64,000 nucleotides of DNA from Cenococcum geophilum (lineage: Eukaryota). The position numbers were made by a program, and so were the translations under genes. Positions 13,601-26,600 of this stretch are shown one piece after another; the first letter of the stretch is position 1; every line of letters starts with the position of its first letter. The notes beneath the pieces were generated by a model. That model was not told where the DNA came from, searched no databases, and worked only from the letters and a program-made list of their open reading frames with translations. The stretch covers positions 9,672,001-9,736,000 of the forward strand of contig CP158635.1 of assembly GCA_050273025.1 (NCBI GenBank). The letters run 5' to 3'.

Positions 13601-16600
13601 AGAAGTTCTTTCCTACGTTATAAATAATTCGATTAGGGGGTCCTAAGTAGATATCAATCTAGCATAACTAAAGGGTATCCTATGCGTTTCTAGCTAATAT
13701 ATCCCTTAAGAAACGTACGGCTTAGAAGGAGGTTAATAAGTTAATAGCTTAGAGGACTAGCTTACCATTAAGATATATAACATTAATAATGATACAGAAG
13801 TTGAAGTTATAATTATCTTTAAGGGTGAACTTAAATCAGCTAGGGGACTTCTAGTTTATTTAGCAGTAATAGCAGTACTTCATAAGATGCTTAATTACCT
13901 TAACCTTAACTTTATAACCTACTCATTAAAGAACCCTAAGCAGTTAGTAAACAGATAGGTAGCTAAAACAACGGTGTAGTTAACGTAGCTCTAACTCGGT
14001 TAAGTGACTCTAAGTAACGCTCCTTTCTAGTTATTAGAGGAGCAACTAAGGGTGACCCCACTTACATATAACGGGCACCTAATTATCTCCCTACACGAGC
14101 ATATTCTTAAGGTTATTAAGCTTAACGCCTAGTTTATCTATATCTCTGATGCAAAATAGAAACAGGGTATTTGTGGGAATAATATAAAAAGTAATATACC
14201 CTAAGGGGGTTTAAACCCTAATTATACTAAGAGAGATTATAGTACCTTTGCCAAAACAAATCGTGTATTAGCCTGCCGTTAAATAGTTAATCTAAACAGA
14301 GCTATCAAGCTGTTAAAGGGCTCGAACTTAAGGTTCTCCTACTATAGATACTCCTACGGCTCTAGTATCCGGTATAATACTATAAAAGACGTTCGCCGAG
14401 TATCTGTTATTAAAGGAAAACGCAAAGCTCTCCTTTAGCTCATTAAAGATATCTAACTTTATAATAAAATGGAGCGTAGATTAGTTATTAAGAATAGCGA
14501 CGGTTTATATACCATTTACCTTACTATACTTAGTAAAGTATTGGTTAGGTAAGTAGTCCTTAATTTCTATATCCATAAGGAGCTGTTTAGTCTCATTAAC
14601 CTCACCCTTAAGGTCTTCTACGCCTTCGTATTAAACTAGAAAGCTTTAGAAGTAGGCCGCAGTGACCTTATAATTTCTAACATTTTTTATACTTTGACGG
14701 AACTTATTATATGCCTCTTTTCGCTTATTAAGGGAGTGTCTAGTTAACTAGCAATTTGGCTTCTTACAAATATAGTACTTCTTCTAGCGATTACTTCGAA
14801 ATAAACCTCCACAAGGACCTCTATAATTACCTTATAATCGACGTTAATTATACCCTTTGCCGTATTCCCTACCACGGCCGCTATATATTCAATTAGTCCA
14901 ATTATAATCGTGTTGGTCAGAAACGCTTAGTTAGGTAGGGCTTTCGGTATAGAGCTATTAAGATTCTTATATTCGCATTACAGTACCTACAGCGGAGCGT
15001 AGCTCGGCATATACTCCTTTAAACGTATCTATAGGTTTATATAGCGCCAAGTTACATTTAGGAACGCTACAGCATACTAAGATAACCTAGTCCCTTAGGC
15101 TGTTCTTATTTTAGTAAGTTTTAGTAAATCCGTATTAGATTTTCTAGAGTTTATTAAAGAGTAGTTAAAGGCACTCTAGGCAAGTCATTGTTAGGTTAGA
15201 AGCAATAACTCTCTAAAATATAGTCTCCCGCCATTTAGATATATAGAGTTAGCGGTTTTTATTAGTTTTAAAGTAGGCTCTAGTAAGCTAAAGCATTACA
15301 TTAAAGCTATAGTTTTTACCTATAATATAGTCATAATAGAACGTCACCGCCCGTCCCTTTAATATAATAGAAAAAGCATAATAGAACTAGTAGCGTTAAA
15401 TTCTAACCTTATTACAGCAGTTATAAAAGACCTATAGTTTTGCTCCAAGCATATCGTACAATTCTCCTCTAAACTTCTTCTCTTCGTCTAAATATACCTT
15501 TATTAGATTCGTGACTTCTTAAAATAGAGGCTTATTAATTAGCTAGGATAGAGGAGTTAAAGGTAGTAAAGGTAGAGGAAGAGCACCTCTAGGTAGTAGA
15601 GCACCTTTAGGTAAAAGAGTAGCGTTCTAGGGGTTTCATTCTAAATTAAAGTTACCTTCTAAAGAATATAGGTTGGTTTTAGGTTTCCGTAGTTAATATA
15701 TAATCTCAGCTTCCGTCCATACTGGTTCTTCTATACTAGTAAGAACGGCATAAATATTACTAGCAATTAGGTTACCGTCCTTAGCAACATACACCCTATT
15801 CCTTTAGAGGGAGTCTTAAAAATCCTAAATAATATTAACATTGCTAAGTGTCTAGGTATCGGCGGTCCATCCTATAAAATCCTCCCTAAAGTATTCCCAT
15901 AACTATAAATCGGCGTAATAGCTATCTTAATAGAATAGAATATAGTATAGGAGGAAGCTATTAACTTATTTTGCGGTATAAGTTGCTATATTAATAGTAA
16001 ATTCGTCCCAATCTTTATCAATAAGTTTCACATACGTAGCTACTCCTAGTAGTAAGGAGTCTTTCCAGTCATTTAGAGTAGCTATAGTTATATCTTCGGA
16101 GGAAGGGAATATTAGTAGTATAGGGATTGTCATTTAGTACGCGTTTATAACGTATATTTGCGATTATAGGGCTTAGGACTAGTTCTAGCCTTAAATCGCA
16201 AAGACTTATAAAGCGTGTTATTTTGCGTAATAGACGCAAGAATCCATAATCTTAGAAAGGCTCAGGACTAGTTCTAGCCTTTAGATCCTTAGATTTATAA
16301 AAGAGTTCTATTTAAGGTTTAGGACTAGTTCTAACCTTAAAAGACAGCTTCCTTTAGCACAAATAGCACTAGTATAGTAGCTCGTCTCTTCTTAGTGGAA
16401 TACCTAGCTGCTCTGTAGTATAACAGTAAAGTTAACCACTAATTAGTGTTGGACTCATAAGGGGATATTATATAGCTACGGTTCGTAGATAGTATAATAA
16501 TTATTATTCTTATTTTTATAGATAGGGGTAAAGGTTAAGGAACTTAAGGTTCCTCGCTACGGTAGTGCCGCGGCGACACGTGACGGCAACTTACCTCACG

Positions 16601-16647
16601 TGACGGCAATTTGCCTTACATGGCGGCAATTTGCCCTATTCCCAACA
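10657..16647 (-). mobile_element. Full-length Ty1/copia LTR retrotransposon, copy 1 (RIP-inactivated)
   Basis: 201-bp LTRs at 10657-10857 and 16447-16647; TSD ATTTC. Minus-strand order gag, integrase, RT, RNase H. De-RIPed motifs: KSRLVIQGYND, RDITQAYTQ, KPLYG, FVDGSFANNKD, CTDSYSL, EKRLMID, NPADAMTK. Confidence 0.95.
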
Positions 16648-18231
16648 ATTTCTATATTAGATTTAATTAAATATAAAGCTCTATTAAATATATCTTACTA
16701 AGCTAGCTTTTCTACTTTTATAGAAGAGGTAGAGGAAAAAGTAGCGGAAGAAGTAAAGAAAGAAGCTTTACTACCTTATTAGGGCGTAAAATATAATAGA
16801 CTTTATATTTTATATATAAGGGAGTAATACATATAGGGTAGACGCCTTTCTTACTAGTATATTAGTAGCCTAACCATTTTATAAGGGCTTACTTATTTTA
16901 AAAAATATACAAATAGGAAGGACGTCTACCCCGTTTATAATACCCCCTTATAAGTAATAAAAGGTAAGTTTAAATATAGGGGAATAGATTTATACACGTA
17001 GTAGAGATTTAGGGGAAATGCTTATTTATTATAGCTAAGCGGCTAACCAGATTTTAGCTTATTTTAGTAAGCGACTTAAACGGCAAATAAAATAGTAAAT
17101 CTTACTAGTACTTAACTAGTATAGCTTTATATAAAACTCTTACTAGCTTTTTTAAACTCCTGCTAGCGTTATATAATCCCTATATTTAGGCTTATTATCT
17201 TGTTTGCTATTTAAGGGCCTTTAGTACGAAAATATAGAAGGGCTGATGTGACGGTGCTGGAGCGCGTCACCAGCTAAATTCTGCCATACCATAGAACTAG
17301 CCAATTAGGATTTTCTATACCCGGTATAGAAAATTGCTATTAGCTTGCTTATTACTAGCGCCTTAGCAACACTTTATATCTTATTAGTCTCTAACATAAT
17401 CCACCCCTAAGCTGGCTATACCCCCAAGCTAGCCACCTTAAAACTCACCAAAAATTAAAAAATTTATACTTTAATATCTTAATAACTACTTAATAATAAA
17501 TTCTAATAATTTAGATTTAGACTTTTATATACACTCTGCAGCTTCTATTAAAATTGCATAGTAATTAGTTTGGTTGTTTTTAAGATATAGTAATTTAGCT
17601 TTATTTTAGCCCCTAAATTATAATATTTTAAAAACTACTAAAAAACCACTAAATTAATTACTGCGTAACTTTAATAGAAGCTATAGAGTGTATTTAAAAG
17701 TCCAAATCTAAATTATTAGAATTTATTATTAAGTGGTTGTTAAGATATTAAAGTATAAATTTTCTAATTTTTGGTGAGTTTTAAGGTGGCCAGCTTGGGG
17801 GTATGGCTTGTCTCGTTCCCAGACCTTCTTGCCAAGGCTTACCTTGCCAAGACGCTAGCCGCTTTTGGCAAGACCTTCGTTAGAAGGTCTGGTACACGGT
17901 TCGGATTTTTGTTAGTCCCGCGCGGGGTATTTAGGCCTATATACACCTACTTTGAGCCAAATTGTCTCAGCTTCTACAGCTCCCTAGGCTATTCCTGATG
18001 GCCAGAATTACCAAATCAAACCTGGCGAAGAAGACTACGTTGCCCGATTTGCCCGATTCCAATTCGTTGTCTCGTTATTGCGCCCGACGACCCTAAGTCG
18101 TAGCAGCCGTACCCCTCCCACCGCCCTCTTCTTACTGCAGCTAGAGTACCTAAACTGATAAGCTAGCTTTAAATAATAATTAAGGACTGCTAGTAGGTAT
18201 AGATTTGCTTCGTAGAAGGGGGTAAGCTTTA

Positions 18232-18730
18232 GGTAGAGCCTTGTGCAGAGCTTCTGCAGAGCCTCGTGTAGAGCTTCGTGCAGAGCTTCGTGTAGAGCTT
18301 CGTGCAGAGCTTCGTGCAGAGCTTCGTGCAGAGCTTCGTGCAGAGCTTCGTGCAGAGCTTCGTGCAGAGCTTCGTGCAGAGCTTCGTGCAGAGCTTCGTG
18401 CAGAGCTTCGTGCAGAGCTTCGTGCAGAGCTTCGTGCAGAGCTTCGTGCAGAGCTTCGTGCAGAGCTTCGTGCAGAGCTTCGTGCAGAGCTTCGTGCAGA
18501 GCTTCTTCAGAGCTTCGTGCAGAGCTTCGTGTAGAGCTTCGTGCAGAGCTTCTGCAGAGCCTCGTGCAGAGCTTTGTGTAGAGCTTCGTGCAGAGCTTCT
18601 GCAGAGCCTCGTGCAGAGCTTCGTGTAGAGCCTCGTGTAGAGCTTCGTGCAGAGCTTCGTGTAGAGCTTTGTGTAGAGCTTCGCGCAGAGCTTCGTGTAG
18701 AGCTTTGTGCAGAGCCTCGTGCAGAGCCTT
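18232..18730 (+). repeat. 12-bp minisatellite (AGAGCTTCGTGC)n, ~40 units
   Basis: Homogeneous core at ~18295-18505 with degenerate flanks. Confidence 0.98.
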
Positions 18731-19401
18731 ATATAGGGCTTTATATAAATATATAGGTATATAGACGTATATATTTATACTAGCAATTAATTGCAAAGTA
18801 TATAAAGATAATTATATAGGAAATTATATAAATATTTATTTATTTATTTATATAGGCATTTATATAGGCATTTATATAGGCATTTATATAAATAACTAAT
18901 TAATTAATTATAATGGCTTATAGGCTAAGGAGTCCTTTAGTAATTCTGGGCAGTATATAAGATCTAATAGGAGGACACCTATAGATACGCCCCCTTCTAA
19001 CCCCTTAGGGACTAGATATTCCTACCTAGCTAAAGGTAGCTTATAGGCGAATTACTAAACCCTTTTACTTACTCCTACCCTAGATCTTTTAAAGATACCT
19101 TAGAAGTATAGTATATAAGGTAGACTTATTATAAAGATATATAGGCTAGGCAAAGGCGGAGCGTATAAGACTAGCTAGAAGGATATACTTAGGCTTTTCC
19201 CCTATTAGGGGTTTTTTCCTATATATAGAAGGTAAAAGCCTATATAGACCTAAAAGAGGGACCAAATTAGGCAATAAATAGAATTAATTATATAGATATT
19301 TATAGAGCTATTTATATAGCTTTTTTTATATATTAGTACTATATATTAGTAAAGCTTTAGGCTTAAGTATATAATTACCTATTTAAGCTAAAATTTAAAA
19401 T

Positions 19402-19610
19402 TATTATGGCTTAAATAAATGCCTCTAAACTAAAGCTTAAATAAATACTATATTATAAAGATACTAAGCTAAAGAGAAGGAAAAGGAAAAGGGGCCGCTA
19501 GGGCTAGTATAAATAAATATAAAGAGCTAGCCGCTAAGGCGCTAGTAGAAGGCGAGCTAATAGTAGGGGATAGTAGTATTTAGTAGGTAGTATACCTTAA
19601 TACTATTATA
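19402..19610 (-). mobile_element. Heavily RIP-mutated LTR of the same gypsy family as the element at 17247
   Basis: Reverse complement ends aagctttagtttagaggcatttatttaagccataata, matching ~35114-35150, and contains ttagctcgccttctactagcgccttagc. TSD not evident. Confidence 0.7.
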
Positions 19611-19624
19611 GGTATAGCTAATAT

Positions 19625-20184
19625 AATAATAATAATAATAATTCATTGCTTAACGTCCGATTCGGATCCCTATTGGGCCTACGCGGACTACTCCTTATAT
19701 ACATATGGGGAGAAAACTCTATTTAAGAAAACCCCGTGATCCATTTCCCCGCCTTTTGGGACTCGCCTATAGGGCGCCTATAAGGCGCCTGCGAGTCACC
19801 TGTGGTGCTCCTACTACTTTACTTTTTGACCTCCTTGGGAACCACTGCTGCCGTAATAAGCCTACGGACGCGCTAGTATTGTAAACTTTACTCTACTGCT
19901 ATAGAGTTATTAGGGGGCACCCGTTGCTCACCCCCCTGCCTTCTATTACCATTTCCTTTACAACCCGGAACTGGTTTAGTACATTTTAGCTAATAAGCCA
20001 CTAGGTAACCGCCTTAAGGCCTTTTTATATTAAGAGCAGTGTCTTATAGTTCTCTGTGCCAGCTGCTAAGAGCATTGCTTCTCAGTTGGTATATAAGGGG
20101 CATAGCAGTATTACGTGCTTTGGTGTCTGTCTTGGCCAGCCACATTCGCATCTTAGGCTACCTACTAGGACACCTACCTAGTAG
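19625..20184 (-). mobile_element. 5'-truncated copy (3' ~560 bp) of LINE B
   Basis: Reverse complement of ~29770-30325, with a trinucleotide tail and a ~15-bp TSD AGGTATAGCTAATATA on both sides. Confidence 0.92.
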
Positions 20185-20464
20185 AGGTATAGCTAATATA
20201 TATTTTATAAGTATATTTATACTAATAGTATCACAAAACAATAAGCTCTATACTATAGCTATTAGTATAGATAAAATCTTAAAAGGTAAGTAAGTAACTA
20301 GTAAGATACTAAGTATAGCTATATAGAATAATATATATAAATAATATAACTCTATTACCTAATAATACCTCCCTTTTAATAATAACTATCTTTAGGTATA
20401 ATACCCTATTTCTTAGACTTAAAAGCGCAGATTAGACGAAGCTATTATTATAGTATATGCTAAC

Positions 20465-20636
20465 TGTTAAGGTATAAGGTACGAGGTAACTGTATATTAT
20501 TAATAAATAATGTTATATAAGGATCTATATATAGAGGTGAGGCGGTATATATATGTGTCGCTTAGGGGTTAGGTCCGTGCTTATGTATACGCGTACGCTT
20601 ATAAGCCAAGTTATAACGCGTGCTAGTCCCATAACA
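20465..20636. mobile_element. Probable solo LTR (172 bp)
   Basis: TGTTA...TAACA termini and locally higher GC. The 5-bp TSD is not clean. Confidence 0.45.
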
Positions 20637-23600
20637 GCTATAGTAATACTATACCTTAAGGGTATATAGGCTTAATATATTAAACCTTTAATAGCTATAG
20701 TATAGTGCCTAAAAAGGCCGCCTTATACTTTAGTTATATTAGTATAGGTTATACTAATAGGTTATTAGCAGGTTATAGACCCTAGTTATAGAGGATAGAC
20801 CTAATATATTAACTAGTAAAGGCTATCTCTAAGTTAGCTAAGTAAAATTAATAATTAAATCTATAGGACCTTAGGTATCTTACTAGTTACTATTATAAAA
20901 TATTTAACTTATACTCTATATAAATATAATGCAGTTACCTACTAATAAGCCCTTTAAAACTAGCTAAATAGAGCTTCTATAGGCGCTAAAGGACTATAAA
21001 AATTATTCCTATTAATACTATACACCTTAATTTAGCGTTAGTAGAGGTATATATAGTATTTTTCAGTATACAGCCCTAAAGCTAGACTATAATAAATAAA
21101 TAAGCCCTTAATCCCAATAAACCTAATTAAACAGCGTGCCCTTTAGGAACGCGTTTTATAAACTATATAAGCCGTAAAATAAACCTAGTAAGTACTATAG
21201 AAGCAATCTCTTAATATAGACAAGAAGTATACTACTATAATTATAACCCTTTAAATAGCCGTTATTATATTAGCGAAGCTTATCTAAACCTAAGGGACCT
21301 AAAAATAATACGCCTAAAATATAAAGGTAATTTAAATAGATATTAGCGCCTTTTAGAGGGCTATAATAATAGCTATAAAGGCTAGACCAGCGTTTATAGG
21401 TCTATAATTATATATATATATTACTGCCACTATACCTTTAATGCCCTAAGCTATAAGATAAACTGCTTATAAGCCTATAAAAGTAAATAAAATTATAATC
21501 TATATAAGCAATACTACTAACCATAAAGAGGCCTTAAAGTAAAATAGCTAGGCCCTAATATATGAGCTCTAGGCTATAGGACCTCTAAACACCCCTAGGA
21601 TATAGGCTGTAAAGAACTTATAAAGCAGTAATATTAGGGCGTATATTATAGATAAAGGCGTAAAAAAAATAGGCTAATATTAGAAATAGGGTAGACGAAG
21701 GTCCTAGAGTACTTCGCTATACTAGCTATTCTACTAGTATTAGTAGAGGTCTATATAGTACCTATAAGCGTTACTATCTAAGGCCTAAAGGCTAAGAATA
21801 TAATAAAGCATATAATAAAGTAGAATTATACTATAGTGGGGCTTATAGTAGAGAGGCTAGCGCAGAAAAGGCTAGGAAGACTCTAGATAGAAGAAAAGGT
21901 TAAATTGTTACTTATTATAGGCATATAGTTAAAAGAGGCAGTAAATATGCTATTTAATTAGGGCCTTTTTCTAAAAGGAGACTACTACCTAATTATAAGG
22001 TATAAGATAACATTTTTAGTAACGCAGTGCTTTAAATACTAGGGCCTTAATTATATAGCTAAGAGCTATAAAAGAGAGGCCAGATATAGATACTATGTTA
22101 GATAGTATAATACTAGAAATTTATATAAAAGACCTATCTAAGAAGTGTATTAACTATAAGGTAGGCTATAAGGTATAGAGTAGGGCGTATAGTATTAAGC
22201 AGATATAGTAGAAGGAGGCTATAATAATTAGAGCCTTTATACTAATATACTACACTAGCGCCTATAAGGCGCCTATATACAGATAGCAAATATAATTATA
22301 GTATAAGATTACCACTAGAGAGGCCTTATAATAAGCTAAGAAAAGGAAGCTAAAGGAGATAGCTATATAGGAGAGCTCTATATAGGCAGAGGAGGGCCCT
22401 TAAAAGGTTAGCTGGCTATAGATTATTAACTACTTTAGAAGGAAAAGGGGCTAAAAGACCCTCTAATTAATACTCTAATTAATACCCCTAATAGCGCTTA
22501 ATAGTAGTATATATGCCCTAATTTAAGCCCTAGTAACCTAGGAGCCCCTATTAAATATAGAGCTTAATATAGAAATAGAAGTAGAAGCCTGGATTTAATA
22601 ATTAAAAAGGCATTTATAGGTACTAAAAGTGCGTTATAAGGGAGTAAGCAGACATTAGAGGATATTAATTTAGCTAACTTAGAGGCTAATATAGATCTCT
22701 TATACTAGGACACCAGAAACCGCTTATAATTATATAGTATAATACTAATAATAGTAGGAATGTTGTGCTACTCTACTTTCTATAGGAGGCGAAGTATACG
22801 GACCCCTAACTAGATATATTAGCTATTTAGGAGCTATAGTAAAAGAATTAAAGAAATATAATATATACTATAAAGTCTTACTATCTAGTATATATAGGAC
22901 TTAGTAATATAAGGGTCTGTTTCTATATAAATAAAGCTATTAATATAAATAAATAGACGTCTATATACTACTTAGCGGACATATACACAATTAAACTAGA
23001 AAGCTATAAGTAAACTATCTAGATTTATAATATCTATAATTCCTAATAGATAAATAGTAGCCTTTATCCCTTAATACGTTAGGGTCCCTTACCAAGTTCG
23101 CTTATATTAACGACTAGATTTAATTAGATATTTATATTAACCCAGCTTTTCTAATTAGTTGGTTTTTATCGATAACCTAAGGACCCAAATTGCCGTGTTA
23201 AGGGATAGGCTATTAGAGCTACTAAGGACTAAAGGAGAATAGATACTATTAGGAGATTTTAATCTATACTATCCTTTTTAGGGGGGTATAGTAGTAATAA
23301 GTATAGATAATGCGGTAGATAACCTTATCCGCGCTATAGAGGTAGTAGGCCTAAGCCTAGCTATTAAAGCGGGTATATTAAGGAGCATACTAGATCTAGT
23401 ATTTACCTCCCCCTAAATTATTAATAGGCTACTATAGAGTTAAAGATAAGACTGCTAGTATATAGGGTTTAATTACTTTTTAATTACTATAGAGGTAGAT
23501 ATAGAAGTAATAAAGGGGCTTTTACTATTTAGGAGACCGCTATAGAAAAGGCTAATTAGAAATTAATATAGAGTAAGCTAAAGGGCTAGCTCTAACCTCT

Positions 23601-23668
23601 ATATAGTTTCCTATATAATATAAAAAATAAACTAAATGTATTAGTAGAGGCTATATATTAACTAATTA

Positions 23669-26600
23669 GCCCGCAAAGCCCTACTACACGCGTCTACGTT
23701 GCCGCAGGTGGAAACATTATTAGGAAATTGTTTCTTTATGATGGCCAAGTATAGAGGCGATGGTAGGGAGCCGTCGCAGCGCGTATAGCGCGCTATCGTC
23801 GCGGTTCTGTGGTGTTAAGCCTGCGACGCGTACGCATCGCCCTTAACAACACCAGGAGCCTTACTACCTCCGCTTAAAGCTCCTGCTCTACCACCTAGGG
23901 AGGCCTATTAAGGGATACTAAGATATGAAAACCACCTAATGTATAACTACCTGGCTCATAGCCAGGCCCGAAACTAGCCTTATTATCAGCTAGTTAACGT
24001 AGACGCGTCCTAGTCGTACAACAGGACACCCTTAGGCTTGCACTAGCTCTAAGATCGTAGGATAAGGGCATAGGGTAACCCTTTTTTATAAGAACTTATT
24101 AAGGTTAACGCGTCGCAGATACCTTATACAAAACTTATTAAGGCCCCAAGGCCACCGCAAAGAACTTATTAAGGCCCCTGCCTAGAGAACTTATTAAGGC
24201 CCCCCTATAAGGGCCTATCTGGTATCCAGTACACCTAAGTAACTTAAAAGAGGGTCTTAATAGGCGTAGTACGCGCAACCTAGACGATAGCGACGTAATA
24301 GCAACGCGATGGCGATTAGACGGCTTAACGAGGTGGAAACACGGGCAAAGCTCTAGATAGCGGAAACACAGGCCAGCTTCGACGGCCCTATAGCGTTCAA
24401 TCTACGGTTAATAGGTGACTTAAAGGAGGGTCTTAATAGGCGTGGTGCACGTAACCTAACATATATATATAAGGCGACCCATAGGAGGGTCTTAATAGGC
24501 GTAGTGTACGCAACCTAATATATATATATAGGGGAGGCTATAGGGGAAACACAGGCTAGTTGGATAAGGTCTTAATAGTTAGAGACACAGGCTAGCTTAT
24601 AAAAGGGGGGGACACAAGCTTAGTTAGTAGGAGAGGGGGGAGTAGGTTACCTGGTACGGGACCTAGCGTTTATGGCCCCCTCCTACAAGACACGGTTAGC
24701 CTGTTATAAGGAGACTCTTATAGGTAACGTGAAACGGGAACTAGTAGTAGTATAGGGTGTTACGCCCCTAGCCTACTACTAGCCTCTCGCGGGGCGTAGT
24801 GCGTAGTAGCTACTGCTAGCTTTAGGAACCTTACCCCTTAGCTAGGCTCTAACCCCTAGTGTACCTAATAGGTAGGCAGGATTACGTCCTAGCCGAAGAG
24901 ACTACTATATAGCTCAAGAGAACGGATGCGCGTATTAGTATACCAATAGATAGGACTGCTCGCTAGGGCAGTATACTAGTAAGGTACGCTTAAGGAGCAA
25001 ACAGGAGTTACTTAGGCGGGAGAGGTTTTAGCCCGGCCTTAACTATAGAAGTGGTAACGCCCAAAGGTGGGAATAAGCCACTAAAAACTGGGGTAGAGGC
25101 CTAGATAAGTAGGTATGTTAAACTCTACTATATTATAGCTAATATATAACTACCTACCTCTAACGGCTAAGTAAAATTGAAAATAAATAAAACCCCCCTT
25201 TACCGGCGAACCGCACCTAGGCCGCTATAGCCGCGCTTCCACACTATAGGGAACCCACCCCCCTTAAGACAATAACCGGGTATATAATTATAATATAACT
25301 AAATATAGAAAAAGTAGAGGGGCTTAGGGGATAATTAGAAATAGAAGTTCTTATAGAGATTTGTAAAGAGGTTTATGACGTAGTTATAGTCTAATACCTT
25401 AGGAGCGGAGACATTAGAGTTACCCTAAAGGACTAATAGGCAAAGGAACGAGCCGTAAGGGTAGGGGATAGGCTAAGAGAACGTATTAGCATAAAAGTGC
25501 TCCGTAAAGACTACCTAGTTAAAGTCCTAGCGGTTCCTATAAGCCTTAGGGTAGAAAAGGGACGCTAGGTGGATAACACAGCAACTATATAGGAGATAGT
25601 AAAACATATAGAACGCCTTATATTAGGCCTTAAGATTATTTAAATCTAATGGCTTTAATAGGAAAATATAAACTAAGCAAATAATAAAAACAATAAAAGG
25701 ATATAAAGGTCGCTAGAGACTTGCTAGGGAGACGCCGGTTAAACGCATGGCTCCCTTATTATTAGCATACATATACTAGAAATATAAAAACTCCTTATCT
25801 AAAAAGGAATAATTATAAATGGCCTTATATATAACGTAAGGCTCTATAACTATAGACTACGCCTAGAATAATACTACCGCTGTATATAATAGGGATATAC
25901 CTAATCCACATACGCAGTATAGGTGTGCTACGGCCACTATACAGGCCCCTATAATATAAGATACTGCTTAAATTAAGACTAAATAAAATATGTAAACTGC
26001 CACTAAAGCATATATAAGGCGTAGGAGAGAGAAGACTATATTAAATATAGGAGGCGGAAGGTAAGGGCTTAATAGCTGCGGGAATAACTGCACGCTAGGT
26101 TATATAAATGGAAATAATAGATAATAAGCTAGGGGGACGTAGGTACCTTCCTAGCGTTTCCTACCTTTAGTACTAGGGGGCTAGGCTAGCTATCCCAAGC
26201 CTTAACGGGCCAGAAGTGGCGCCGCGCGATATTACTAGACCGTATAGGGATATAAGGGTCACAGGGGATATAAGGGAGAGGACGCTCTATAGGAAGACCC
26301 CTATAGATAGCTATAGCAAGCTTAAGACTAGGATAATTAAGAATTAGATTTAACGCGGTAAATATAACATTTACAGCCAACCTATAAAGGGCATATAGCC
26401 AGCTAGTAAGAATAGGGGAGGAACTGGAGATAATAATAGATTTAGATATAGAAGCGCTAATAGGAATATAAGATATGGGAATAGAAAGCTCTATATAAAA
26501 TGAGTAGTAACTAGGGTATAGATATAAGAGATAGAAGTTCTAAATATCCTAGAGAAAGTAGAAATAAAAAAAGTAAGAAATAAAGGAAAGGCGAAGGACC

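Noticed and set aside
16430..16446. Assigning a primer tRNA to the copia PBS (ctaattagtggttaac)
   Set aside because: It does not begin with the canonical TGG, and RIP obscures the match; it cannot be assigned without a tRNA search.
18035..18796. 253-aa ORF with HEAL repeats and overlapping RAEL/CRAS/QSFV ORFs
   Set aside because: A stop-free 12-bp minisatellite opens several frames at once; there is no independent coding evidence.
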